Below the pieces are notes generated by a model, which did no database searches, had not been told where the DNA came from, and worked only from the letters and a program-made list of their open reading frames with translations. A DNA stretch of 64,000 nt from Schizochytrium sp. TIO01 (Eukaryota; Protista; Bigyra: Labyrinthulomycetes), in assembly GCA_004764695.1 (NCBI GenBank), contig SMSO01000007.1:2542024-2606023 (forward strand). The letters run 5' to 3'. Each line of letters starts with the position of its first letter. The first letter of the stretch is position 1. Shown one piece after another: positions 1 through 11,291 of the stretch. The translations under genes were made by a program, and so were the position numbers.

Positions 1-1619
1 ATAGACCCTGAGGAACCTGAGGAGACGGAGGACGAAGCAGAGGTTTGGCGGGGAGGAAGCACAGCTGACGATGGAGGCCGAATTGATGCGGACTGGGCTG
101 GAGCCAGCGGTTGAGCAACTTTTGAGCTTGTAGATGGCTTGCGAGGCGGTTTTAAAACAGCTGGTGTTGCACCTGAGGAAGTTGAAGGAGCCCTCTGAGA
201 TCGTTCTGGTAGCTTGTTGAAGCTATCCAAACCAGCAAACATGTCGTTTGTTGGTTGATTCATCTGTATTTGCTGTGACGGCTGAGCTGCTACGGACGGT
301 GTGGACGAGGAAAATGTGCCAAACATATCTTCATAATCATCATTTTTCATTGGTGCCATCGGAGACGAGGTTGATGTAGCTACCGCCGGAGCGAGTGAGA
401 TACTTGGTTTTGAAGACGAGGAAGACGGCGGCCTTGCCAAGGGTGCTGGTGTAAGGACAGGCTGCGACTGGCGAGATTTTGATGATGGCGCCTTGAGCTT
501 TGGAGGCACTTGCTGTCTAGTTTGTGCCTGTTTGACGGGCACAGAGGCAGGCGCGGGGAAACCTCCAAAATCGGCGAAGTCGTCATCAGCGCTCCTTGAT
601 TTTGCTGTGTGGCTGTACTCAACCGCAAAGGGATCATCCACCTTTGCAGTGGAGGACAAACCTGTCTTTGCAGCTGCTGAGGTTGAAGTTGTCGCTGATG
701 ATGTAAAAAAATCAGCGAAATCGTCTTCAGCATTCCCGAAAGAAGCAGTCGCCGCAGGGGAGGACACTGTTGTGTGGACTGCAGTTTCGAATGGATTCTG
801 GTTCTCTGAAGGCATTGCCATCTTTACGGGTTGGGGCATTGGCTCGGGCTGAGGCGGCGGCTTTGGAGCCTCTGCCTCGACACCGGTTCGCGCGTCCACA
901 ATACCATTAGAATACAGTGGTTTTGAGTTTAGATAAGGCAGCAAAACCTCGTAAAGAAATGCTGGTCCATTTTGTTTGGCCGGGAAGGCCAGAGGCTTGA
1001 AAAGCATAAACCAAAATGAACTGTCACAAAGGCGGTGCAGTGGGATATCATTAAACACAAACGAGAGAGCGCGTTTCACTTTCGGTGGAGAGGTTTCTGA
1101 GCGAGCATAATGATACTCAAGGCCTTCACCTGTGTTACACACGGCAAAAGTATACGTATGTTCCCGACGAAGCAAGATGTAGAGAAGCGCATGACCCTCC
1201 TTCTCAGATGTGCGCCAACCACCTGGAGAAAAGAGAATTTCACCAACACGCAATGAGTTAACTTTCATGACAAAGGCGTTAAGGAAGTCAAGAAACTGCC
1301 CGCTACGTTTTACGTCATCCACATCGTTTTTGAATTGCGAAAGTGGAAGCCTGGCACCAATTTGTGCACATTCCGAGATTGCAGTCTGAAGAAGCGCAAC
1401 TGCTCGAGTATGGCGCGCGTTGCCATCCAGCATTTTCTCTCCAATGAGTCTATTGAGCACAGTGCCGAGAAGCTGGATGGAGCCGGCCATACAATGAAAG
1501 GCACTTGAGGGCGCCTCTCGCTCGCGAGTTTCTGCATTAAGAAAAGGGTCAGTGAAGACATCAGGAAGTGAAAAATGGTCCCAAATTGGCTTATCGCCGA
1601 ATGCATATGGAGTGGACAT
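1..1619 (-). CDS. Large hypothetical protein, 3' end outside the window: globular N-terminal domain followed by a Pro/Ser-rich disordered region with adaptor-binding-like motifs
   Basis: Manual translation from ATG at 1619 (in-frame TAG at 1626-1628 just upstream) stays open to the window edge: MSTPYAFGDKPIWDHF...PGGWRTSEKEGHALLYILLRREHTYTFAVCNTGEGLEYH...NPF...EDDFADFF...DDPF...DDDFADFGGF. Not in the ORF track because there is no stop in the window. Confidence 0.85.
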   Translation of the reverse strand, partial: MSTPYAFGDKPIWDHFSLPDVFTDPFLNAETREREAPSSAFHCMAGSIQLLGTVLNRLIGEKMLDGNARHTRAVALLQTAISECAQIGARLPLSQFKNDVDDVKRSGQFLDFLNAFVMKVNSLRVGEILFSPGGWRTSEKEGHALLYILLRREHTYTFAVCNTGEGLEYHYARSETSPPKVKRALSFVFNDIPLHRLCDSSFWFMLFKPLAFPAKQNGPAFLYEVLLPYLNSKPLYSNGIVDARTGVEAEAPKPPPQPEPMPQPVKMAMPSENQNPFETAVHTTVSSPAATASFGNAEDDFADFFTSSATTSTSAAAKTGLSSTAKVDDPFAVEYSHTAKSRSADDDFADFGGFPAPASVPVKQAQTRQQVPPKLKAPSSKSRQSQPVLTPAPLARPPSSSSSKPSISLAPAVATSTSSPMAPMKNDDYEDMFGTFSSSTPSVAAQPSQQIQMNQPTNDMFAGLDSFNKLPERSQRAPSTSSGATPAVLKPPRKPSTSSKVAQPLAPAQSASIRPPSSAVLPPRQTSASSSVSSGSSGS

Positions 1620-3687
1620 GATCAACTAACTGATAGAAGAGTGCTTGTTGCAGTGTGAAATGAACTCGGACTTGCCCTAGAAAAATTGCTTGAGTTCAAT
1701 TTCAAGTGTGAGCAAGACTCTATTGTTTGCAAGATTTTGTCCAAAGTTTGACCAAGAGAAATCAATTATGCCAAAGGTCAAGTTGATTCAAAGCTATCTG
1801 ATTGAGATTGATTTTCAAACCTCGGAAAACAGCGCCACTGCGGAAAAGACCTGTTAAATCACTTGAACAAAACGTTAAACCCTCCCCTATACTTGCGGCA
1901 CTTTGACCAGCTTTGCTATCGTGCCTTGATACCACCCACACCGACAAGTTCACCGCGGCTTGGGATGGCGTATCCAAGGCTATCTATCTCAGCAATCCAA
2001 GGTTGCTAAAGCTGTCACCGCGTACAATCTAAAGTGGATCGCTGGGATAGAGCGCCTCTAGGTCTGCTGCGACCCGCTCCCACGAGTCCTCGAAGCTCGA
2101 GGCGAGCACCGGCCGCCTCAGGACCTGCCGTCACACCGACGGAGTTCCCAGGCTGGCGGCGATTTGCCATTGACGGCAGAAAAAAACAAACAAACAAACA
2201 AACAAAGAACAAAAAGAAAATCATCAATAACGATGTCAATATTAATTTAAATTTTAAAAAGAAGGTGTAATTAACGTTCTATCTATTGTTCTGTTCTTTT
2301 CTTCTCTACCTTCATAAGAGTATTACGACAATGCTCATGAAACCTGGCTGCCTTCTATCGTGTTATGAGTGTTCTGAGTTTTTACAAAAAGTAAAGGAAT
2401 TTTAGGAATAGCCTCTGACTAGTGAGCATGCTTCCTAGGACCTCGTGTATAACGTGTACTACTTACTACCTACCAGCCCACGGACTCGCACAATTCGTTG
2501 ACCTCGACAGGAGCAGTGAGCTATGGCTAGCGCAGTAGTCTTCGATTTCTAGGTATTTGACATTTCAAGCAAATCTCTCCATTCTGTGAAAGCCACACCA
2601 TTCTATTGCACCTAGGTACCTAATAGGTAACTACTACTAGCTTGCTCAGAACCCGCTTGCAGCGTTTTCAGCTACGCACCTAAAAGAGAGTGATGCCATT
2701 ATGGAATGAAGCAGCTGATCTTTTATTCACAAGAGCTAACTTGAGTAGGTGCCTAGGTACTACGTACCACTAATTTATGGTCTATGTGATGTCATGCCAC
2801 GAACGATTTGATAATACATGCATACCTTGGTATCTCTGCTGTTAAACTCGAATGAAAAATCAGCGGCTGTTGTTTTCCAAAAGCATGCGAGCACGGGTAG
2901 CTGAGGGCAATAATAGCTACCTAGCTATCTAATTACTAGGTGGGGATGTCACGTAGCCTAATTTACTTGGGCAACTAAGCAATTCTTACCTTTAATTGGG
3001 GTGGGGCTACCACTACTACTGAATCCAAGAATATTAAGGCCTAGTAGTTGAGTTATAATATCTTGTGGGTTTGACCTCAAGATTAGTGATGATTGTGAAA
3101 GCTCTGCACTTTTCTTGCGTTGGATTAAGTTCCGTTGCCAGGAGGCTTCGGCATTCTTCAACTTGATGGGTAAATTGCCTTTTACCCCTAATCTTCCTTT
3201 ATAAGCTTGAAAACCCCTTTGTACTAGACTTGATCTAGCTATCACATTGGTGTTCACTGTATTCTTCAGGCACTCTCATAAGTTTAAAGGGAGGCGGCAC
3301 TTATACTTACCTAATACTATATTCTATTCATTCATGGAGTGATTGTTTCTTTTACTTTTGCTTTTTACATTAGAAAAATAGAAAGAAAAAAACAATAATG
3401 GCAAGCTTTGCAGGGCACAGCACAAAGAACAGATAACTTCGCCAAAGATGCTATTTATAGACTCTGCGGATTATACTGTTGAAACGTACTGCAAGAGAGC
3501 AGAACAAAGGTTGTTTTAGTCACAGTGAGTCATAGCGAGAGTGAGAGACTCAACGCTTTCACTATAGTTTTTCCTTATTGACGAGAGGTAGAGAGAGTGT
3601 GCTAAGCTTGAGAGTACTAGTATCTTTGTTTTTCACCGAGCAATAGACTTACATTATCGTCCATCCCCCGTCCGCAGTTAGTTTTGG

Positions 3688-4845
3688 ATGCTCTCGCGGG
3701 TGCATCAATTTACTTGGTGGGTGGCTGTCCTTGCGGCAGTAATCTCGTTTTCTTGTTCTATACATTCTGCTCTAGGGCTGGATCCCTCAGACCCAAGCTC
3801 GAGCTCCGTCCCAGGTTTGCATTCCTGCTCATCAACTGCTATGTCCGTGCCTTCTCTCATGGACGCCGCTGTGCGTCTGGTCCCCCGCCTCAGCAAGGGC
3901 CTTCACAAGGGCCAGGCTGGTCGCATCGCCATCGTGGGTGGCTCCTTTGAGTACACTGGCGCTCCATTTTATGCTGCGATGTCGTCCCTCAAGGTTGGCG
4001 CTGATCTCTCCTTCGTGCTCTGTGAAGAGTCCGCTGCCGTACCGATTAAGTCCTACACGCCCGAGATTATCGTAGTTCCGGCCCTCTCTGACGCCGCGTT
4101 GCACCGTGCTCTCGACCTGCTGCCGCGTGTGCATGTGCTGGTTATTGGGCCCGGTCTCGGAAGAGATGAAGGGACTCTTGCACTCGTGGAGCGAATTATT
4201 GAGGAGGCCAAATCTAAGCAGATGCCAATGGTCCTCGACGGTGACGCACTTTTCTTACTCACGAAAAAACCGCAGCTGGTCCACGGGTACGAGCGGGCGC
4301 TCCTGACTCCGAATGTGGTAGAGTTCGCCCGGCTGGAAAAAGCGCTGTTTGGCGACAACGAAGAGGCTGCAGACATGTCAGAGCTCAAGCCGGAGGCTGG
4401 GAGCAATGCGGAGCTTGGAAGGTGGATGGAGATTGATGACAGTGATACTTCCAGCCCGCTGTGGCGTGCGGTAAGGCTGGCACGGGAAATGGGCAATGTA
4501 ACAGTAATGCAGAAGGGAGAGGTTGACGTTATTACTGATGGAAAGAGGGCTGCAATTAGCACAGCAGAGGGCTCCAACCGGCGCTGTGGAGGACAAGGAG
4601 ACGTGTTGGCTGGGTCCAGTGGTGTCTTCTTACATTGGGCCTTTCATGGTGCCAACAATGATGGTCCTGGCCTTGAGGGCGCGATTCCAGCTGCATTTGC
4701 TGCCAGTGTCCTTACTCGCACTGCAAACCAGCTCGCTTTTCAGGAGCATCACCGTAGCATGACTACACCTGATATTATTCAGCACCTTGGTATTGCGTTC
4801 AACCAGCTTTTTGACCAAGAGCAGACGGCAGACTCATCGCTGTAA
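3688..4845 (+). CDS. NAXD: ATP-dependent (S)-NAD(P)H-hydrate dehydratase (YjeF-C/CARKD family)
   Basis: Family motifs HKGQAGRIAIVGGSFEYTGAPFYAA, VIGPGLGR, VLDGDAL, LTPNVVEF, RRCGGQGDVLAG. Second in-frame ATG at 3841. Confidence 0.95.
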   Translation: MLSRVHQFTWWVAVLAAVISFSCSIHSALGLDPSDPSSSSVPGLHSCSSTAMSVPSLMDAAVRLVPRLSKGLHKGQAGRIAIVGGSFEYTGAPFYAAMSSLKVGADLSFVLCEESAAVPIKSYTPEIIVVPALSDAALHRALDLLPRVHVLVIGPGLGRDEGTLALVERIIEEAKSKQMPMVLDGDALFLLTKKPQLVHGYERALLTPNVVEFARLEKALFGDNEEAADMSELKPEAGSNAELGRWMEIDDSDTSSPLWRAVRLAREMGNVTVMQKGEVDVITDGKRAAISTAEGSNRRCGGQGDVLAGSSGVFLHWAFHGANNDGPGLEGAIPAAFAASVLTRTANQLAFQEHHRSMTTPDIIQHLGIAFNQLFDQEQTADSSL

Positions 4846-5176
4846 ACAATACTGAAAAAAAAAATGAAAACTTATGTAGACATTTATATGTGTATGCAAG
4901 TTGTTGAACTATCTGTTGACTAAGCTACTTTCAGAAGGCATGCGCAATGATTTTTATTTTTTTTTCGATTTTTCTTGGGTTCATGAAATACCGTTTATCT
5001 ATCTTAAGTAACTCGGAGGTCCTGTCTCCAGTTTTTGACTCCCGTTCCAAACAGAAAAGCAAACCATTAAAGTGGATTCTGTTCTCCATTCTCTCGTTTT
5101 GGAAAGGAGAAAATGCAAACAAGATTCATTTGATGGAAAAGAAACAATTTTAGACATTATTCATGATCCAAGATTC

Positions 5177-5687
5177 TCACGAAAGTTTCGGAAGGTCTTC
5201 ATCAAAATCATCACCAGAGAATTCATTGAAGAAGTCCTGGTCAGTAATGTTTACTGCATGGTCAATCATTGGGTCATCACGAAGCGAACCAATCTCATCT
5301 GATTGCCAGAATACATGCCAAACATACACAATTAGAGCTTCAGTTAGCAGAAAGCACACCTTGTCAGAAAGAAGAATAAGAGCTGTACTTACCTAGGCCA
5401 CCGTAGTTCTTTCTTCCTCGCGATGGGTTGCGACGAATGCGCTGTGCATGACCTTTGGTGCTTGCACTTGGGGGCTGGGTGGCTGTGTGTAAAGTTCTAT
5501 TAAGATGTATGTGAGAGTTCACAAGATAAACAACCGTAAAACGCAGAGCGCAGATGTACTCGATGATTTTTTGTTAGCATATGCCCTACTCTTTGAACCA
5601 ACCACGACGCAACTGTCGCTGTTGCAGTGATGCCGCGTGGACACTTGGTTGCCTTAGCGCTTCGCCTTCTTCTTACCGGGAAGACAT
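5177..5687 (-). CDS. 78-aa acidic-tailed microprotein, COPS9/CSNAP (MYEOV2)-like; exons 5687-5677, 5496-5393, 5298-5177
   Basis: Two GT-AG introns (GTAAGA..TAG and GTAAGT..CAG), each with a GCTAAC branch-like site, splice in frame: MSSRTLHTATQPPSASTKGHAQRIRRNPSRGRKNYGGLDEIGSLRDDPMIDHAVNITDQDFFNEFSGDDFDEDLPKLS*. The tail resembles the CSNAP DFFNDFEDLFDDDD motif. Confidence 0.75.
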
Positions 5688-6363
5688 GTTCTCTCAAGAA
5701 TCCTGTTTTGCCTAGAAGGTCGTTTTGCGAAATGTCGGGAAGGAAGTGTTGCTTATTGCCAACTGTGATGAAATATCCTTTTCTATATAGAATTAATAAT
5801 AATAAATAAATAAAAATAAAAAGGAATAAAATAAGGCCTATAGTATCAGCAGCATGTAGAGAGGTCGACTAGGCCTACTAGCGAACGCGTGGAAGATTAA
5901 TTTTCATTGATAGGTAATATAACCTGTGAAGGAATCAGGAATTCGACGACCATTTATCATACCAGCAATTTGATTGTGGTGTCATGTTATTGATTGTGAA
6001 AGCTGGCTGAAAGAAATAGGAAAAAAATAAAAGAATGAATATCAAGAGAGCGCTGCTTCAATTATTTTAAATACCCCTGATCTGTCAATCATATCAATCG
6101 TAATGCAAACTATAGGAAATGGATCATCTTTCGACTGAACAAACGTTATTTCTTAAAGAGCATGAAAGAGAAGTAAATAAGAGACTAGCCAACTTGTGCT
6201 GTATATTGCACAAAATTGGTACACCACACTGAAGAGCTATCTCGACAATGAAGGGCTTCCTAGGTAATGTTCTTCCCCTTATTTTGTTTTACTTGCGAAA
6301 ACAATTTATAGAACTTGGCAAACAAACTAAAGAAGGGAAGCTATGAACATCACTGTTAGCACC

Positions 6364-7294
6364 TTATATCTTGCTCTTTGGGCGCTTAATTACATCGTCA
6401 ATTGTTTTCGGCACATGTTGGATATCAACGTTTGGAGTAAACGGGCGCTTCGTTTGTGATGTCAGCTCCATATATTCCCCATCAGGACCAGTGAAGTAAA
6501 ATGATTCCCAGGTTGTGTTTTCATTCTTCTTTGGGCCATAGCCTGATGGAGACTCGTCAGTATGGTATAAAATGGGACTGACAAAGCCAACCTTCAGCTT
6601 CATAATACGCATTCGATACTCGCGCATTTTTGCTGGATTAACATTCCAGGCGACATGATTAACTGAACCATGCGCAGTCGCAAAGTTTCCAGTGCTCATA
6701 TTCGCTACATCAATGGTAGTTACCCCAGCTACACCAGGAGGTGCATGTGGAAACCAAAAGTAGGCTAAGGAAGCACCGTTTCCGCCATCCATAAAGAAGT
6801 GTTGTCCTTGGTCAGGTAGTGCAATTGTCTTGGTCAACCGTAGCCCAAGCCCTTCGGACCAAAACCAAATTGTTCTTGCCATATCTGAAGAAACCCATGC
6901 CACATGCTGTGGAATCAAACACATGTTACATCATAATAGTAACATTTATAAGATTGACGCTTTTGTGAGTGAGTCTTAAATTTACGGGTACATGAAACCC
7001 CGCTAGCCCCGCATATATAGCACGAAGGTGCAATCTAGGGCTTCGTATAGTCTGACAAGGGGAGGAAGACATAATGTGGCCTTAGTGGCTGGTTTTATGC
7101 CACAACCTTTGCTTTGGACTTACATTGACTCCGTTGATCTCGATGGCATCAGATCTTGGGTGTCCAAACCTCCTGCGCAGGTCCTCCACCGAAAGCTGAC
7201 GCACATCTTCGTAGGATAGCACCATTCTAAAAGGAGTGTTTATGTTCTTCGTATTTCCGGTCTGCTTGCTACATTTGTTGGTCTCCTTCGCCAT
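6364..7294 (-). CDS. VOC/glyoxalase-family protein; exons 7294-7124 and 6906-6364
   Basis: A phase-0 GTAAGT..CAG intron joins ...AIEINGVN to HVAWVSSDMARTIWFW..., restoring the first metal-binding His strand. Further motifs: GQHFF, VNHVAW, SFYFTGPDGEYME. Confidence 0.88.
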
Positions 7295-8027
7295 TCTGAA
7301 TCTGAGTCCTACAGGTAGTAGGTACTTGTCCCAATACTTCAAAGTTAAATATTACACCCGCCAATTTTTTATTTTATTTTTTATAAATAAAAATTAGAAA
7401 ACGAAAATAGTGAGGATCATATTGGATACTCTTTGAGTCTAAACATCAGACTATCTCCGAGTATGTCATCTATTAGGAGAGCGCAAAGAGATTGAGACTG
7501 TTTGCTCAGCTCGAAGTGAAGGTTTGGAAAGTGAATTGAAATCCAGTTTACCAGTTTATGTAAAGTATTCCAGGTTTCTCGTTAGTACTAGTTTAATTGT
7601 TTCTTTCGTATTATTATTCAGCTTATTTAGCTATTATTTATCATTTATTCTTGACTTAGTGTTTACAAAACAAAATAAAACAATATATACTAGTAGGGGC
7701 CTACCAGTAGTATTTTAAACATTAAAAATCAACGAGAGGATCGATTTTCTTTCAAGGAAGTACATGAGTCCGACAGCATTTTTTTGTTGTTGTTATTCCA
7801 AATACAGAGAGATACATGAATTATTGTCCCGGGTAATGCAACCTTTTCTTTATTTCAAAGAAGCCGAGGCTGACTTTTAAACTCAATTGTGGAATGCGGA
7901 TGTTCATAGTCAAGGGCCTATGTTCCATAAGTTCTGGTTAATGTGTTATCCGTTATTTGGCAAAGTTTGAGTATAGAACATCGAGAGACCCAGACACGAA
8001 ATACAGGGACTACAACTACTGGACGTG

Positions 8028-8651
8028 ATGGAGACTGATGCGGGAGAAGAGAAAGTACTTGACCTCAATGAGAGCGCTACCATTGCTGCTCTGCGAGCAG
8101 AGTTGGCAGCTGCCCGAGAAGCTGTAATTGAGACACAGAGGGATTGTGCTCGAATAGTTCAAGAGCTAGAGGAACGAGTTAACCTGCATCAAGGAGACAT
8201 TGTGCCGCTTGAAATCCATGAACGTGTGAAAAGAGAAGGGGAGGCACGTATCAATGCTTCAAATGATCGTATGGTAGCACTAGATCGCAGATTTAGAGAG
8301 TTGTGGCGAGATATGCGCTTAGAGAATGGACAGGTGCGAGAAGCTGTGGACAATGCTCGGAAAGCTATGCAAGAGGAGCGCCAACTACGTCTTGCAGCAG
8401 AAACTCGAGTTCGTCAAAATGAAGCACATATTACCAAACTCACCCGAGATAATTTGAAGCTACAGTCTCTTCTGAAGCAAGCGGAGGAAAAGGCATCACT
8501 TATGCGCACGATTGCTCGGATTCGCGAGGAAACCGACGATGCCGAAACTTCGGCTAGTATTCTCGGATTTGACGGATTAGTAAAAAAGATCAGACACGTT
8601 TCTGAAGAAGTTGAACGACAAGTAACTTTTCATGAAAATCCCACGCGTTGA
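8028..8651 (+). CDS. Coiled-coil hypothetical protein
   Basis: 207-aa ORF from ATG 8028, rich in E/R/A/L with heptad-like pattern; no recognised family. Confidence 0.7.
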   Translation: METDAGEEKVLDLNESATIAALRAELAAAREAVIETQRDCARIVQELEERVNLHQGDIVPLEIHERVKREGEARINASNDRMVALDRRFRELWRDMRLENGQVREAVDNARKAMQEERQLRLAAETRVRQNEAHITKLTRDNLKLQSLLKQAEEKASLMRTIARIREETDDAETSASILGFDGLVKKIRHVSEEVERQVTFHENPTR

Positions 8652-8789
8652 CACTAATTCAATTAGTGGTTGAAAAGTTCAAGCGGGAACTAAAGATACA
8701 GCTGTAGATAATAATTTCGACATTGGACTCATGAAAAATGGAAATACTATTAGGAAGAACAAGAAACAGATATAAGAGATCATAATTAT

Positions 8790-10334
8790 CTAATCATCTG
8801 CAGAAACCTCGTCAAGGCGTGCCAGTGCACGCATTCGCCAAGCGCTAGCTCCTGGCTGCGATGGGTTTAGGTTTAAACTGTGCTGTAGACTCGTGGCGGC
8901 TAACTCATAGTTGCTAGAGTAATATGCACAGACTCCAATATTATACAAAGTTGCTGCATGGTCACCGACGTGGACCCTAGATGCCTCAAAAGCCTCGATT
9001 GCAAGTGCATAGCGACGCAGTGCCATAAGTACTCTGCCAATCTCGAAAGAAGCATCTTGAACGGGTTGAGGAGATAGTAATTGTCCCAGAGGCGCAGTTG
9101 CAACAGACGAAGACAAATTGTATGTTCGTTGCGGGGTCAAATAACAGCGAGCTCGAACCGCAGCAACGTCCTGCACAAGATCGTGAGCTTGGCGCTCTGT
9201 GGCGAATGGGGCTTGATTTATGATAGATTTACGCATTCGATAGAACACTTGCGGGTCGTAGTTACTGAGTCGTAGTACAGCAAGTAAGGGACCAAGTTCT
9301 ATGGCTCCCTGAGCACAACAGCGAAGCATGGCTGCCTCAAGAGCACGAAATGCCTCAAAGTCTAACCGGAGCGCTGTGTCAAGCCACTGAACCGCAAGCT
9401 GAGCTGCTAAAGGGCGGCAGCTGGGTCGAGATGGTATAAGGATATAGTTGCTAATCGTTTTGCGGTGCTTAGGTGTCTGAAAGATAGTTCCATGCCAGCG
9501 CTGCTGCGCGATTTTCTGCAACGCATGGAAATTGACGCCTGGCTGTGGTACACGTTTTGCCTTGAATTGTGCAGCATCCACCACGCCGGGGCTGCAGATG
9601 AATGCTGCGACATTGTCCGTGCAAAACTCGCGAAGGCGTCCTAGCGCGATAATTGCTCCTGTCGACACTGTAAACGCTGCATCTCCAGCAAAGAAATCTG
9701 CACAATATTCATCCATAATGTATCCCAGGTCCTCTATACCATGTCTTACCCCCTCAAAAAGTGGTGTATCTGGAGCCACCTCACAGAATCGCCAATTCTT
9801 GCCCATATCTTTGCTCGTCTCCACGCCCTGTTGGAGGTCTCCTTCCGACACTCGAAATCCATCCATGCGTAGACTGTCTAGCCCTTGTGCAAACAAGGTC
9901 AGGAGGGACCCTACCCAAGGACGATGCGAGCTCACCGTGCGTCGCACCCTTGGAAGAATGAATTTGACCTCAGATTCTCTATGGAGATTGTCAAGGTCGA
10001 GCGTGGTAACGTCGAGGAGGTCCTGGCGGGAGAACCGGTGAAGAGGGTCGATTGAGGCAAGAAAATTGGCGCTGGCCTTGGACTTGGCCGCGAGGACATA
10101 TAGGAACGGTGGATGGAGCGGATCTGGCCATGAGTTGCGAAGCCTAAGCAGCTCAGAGATGACAAGGAAGGCGAGCCGACCCGGTGGGGTGGACGAGGGG
10201 ACGGAGACGGGCTCCAGAACAAGGACTGGACCAGAACTGCCGGCAGAAACTCCATCTTCCACAGCTGCAAGGATTAGTCTTGCTACCTGCGCCGCCAGAA
10301 GCGCGAGGCATGCATCCACAGCGCTTTCCTCCAT
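8790..10334 (-). CDS. C-terminal TPR protein; N-terminal part possibly a degenerate SAM-methyltransferase-like domain
   Basis: ATG at 10334. TPR helices ASFEIGRVLMALRRYALAIEAFEAS and ATLYNIGVCAYYSSNYELAATSLQHSLNLNP. The N-terminal assignment is recollection only. Confidence 0.75.
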   Translation of the reverse strand: MEESAVDACLALLAAQVARLILAAVEDGVSAGSSGPVLVLEPVSVPSSTPPGRLAFLVISELLRLRNSWPDPLHPPFLYVLAAKSKASANFLASIDPLHRFSRQDLLDVTTLDLDNLHRESEVKFILPRVRRTVSSHRPWVGSLLTLFAQGLDSLRMDGFRVSEGDLQQGVETSKDMGKNWRFCEVAPDTPLFEGVRHGIEDLGYIMDEYCADFFAGDAAFTVSTGAIIALGRLREFCTDNVAAFICSPGVVDAAQFKAKRVPQPGVNFHALQKIAQQRWHGTIFQTPKHRKTISNYILIPSRPSCRPLAAQLAVQWLDTALRLDFEAFRALEAAMLRCCAQGAIELGPLLAVLRLSNYDPQVFYRMRKSIINQAPFATERQAHDLVQDVAAVRARCYLTPQRTYNLSSSVATAPLGQLLSPQPVQDASFEIGRVLMALRRYALAIEAFEASRVHVGDHAATLYNIGVCAYYSSNYELAATSLQHSLNLNPSQPGASAWRMRALARLDEVSADD

Positions 10335-11291
10335 TTTGGGTTCTGTCTTGAAATTCTTTTGAGAACAAAACAAACATAATCATAGTATCACACTAAGTAA
10401 TACCCTAATACCATTCTAGTGTTAGATCGTGCTGACTGGCTTAACATTTTTTTTATTTAAAAAATTTATAATGATTTGTGAAACATGTTAAAAGCCTTCT
10501 GAAGAACTCAAGCTCATAAAACTTATTAACTGCTGCACAGGCAATAGCGCTGCAGCCTGATTAAGTTGAGCATAGGGTATGACGATAGTAGTTAAAGGAA
10601 AAACTCATCGATGGGTAGAGAACACTTCACTTTTTATAGCTAATACTCTCACTTGTTTGAGGCTACTTATAGTAACCCTTTCATTTGAATTTAAACTCAA
10701 GACAAAGCATATCACTCATGGCCAGGTAGAGATCGTATTAAGTGTCATACTAGATAATTGAAAGGTGTACCATAGCAAGCTAGGTAACCTACCTAGATAC
10801 TTACCCACCTACCAAACAATCAAGTAAAAACTCCAGGTCAAGTTTCAGAGGAAATTAGGAAAGGACTATTATGGCAATTCGTACACTGTGTTTAGGAAGA
10901 CAAGACTAGTTTTTAATTCCGGAGAGAGACAGTTTACATTGCAGAAAAAAAAAAGAAACTCTTCATTTACTTTAGTTCTTTGGTATGACGAAGAGAATTG
11001 CGTGGCAGATGAAATATTTTATTTATTTGGTTACAAACTAAATAACTTTCATGTCGATTTTACAAACGACAAAAGAAAACGCTAGCGTGCCACTGATAAG
11101 GGCTTGGGTGATTTGTTTCTCCAAAATGACTTTTTCCTTCCAGGTGTACAGAGGCAGGGGGGTGCACTTATGACTTCTTGTCAGCATCTACATTTATTTT
11201 TACACCAATAAGGACAACACAGACCGATATGGCATTCAATGCAAACTGTAGATACTTCAGTCATCTATATAATTATACCAAGGTAATGGGC

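Noticed and set aside
2015-2170. GC-rich minus-strand ORF as a first coding exon of the 1-1619 gene
   Set aside because: Weak donor, and the acceptors I tried do not join in frame (stop at 1626-1628); it may be UTR or a uORF.
2958-3257. Possible Copia RT trace (NVIARS...YKGRLGVKG)
   Set aside because: One short motif resemblance with no further RT motifs; not supportable without a search.
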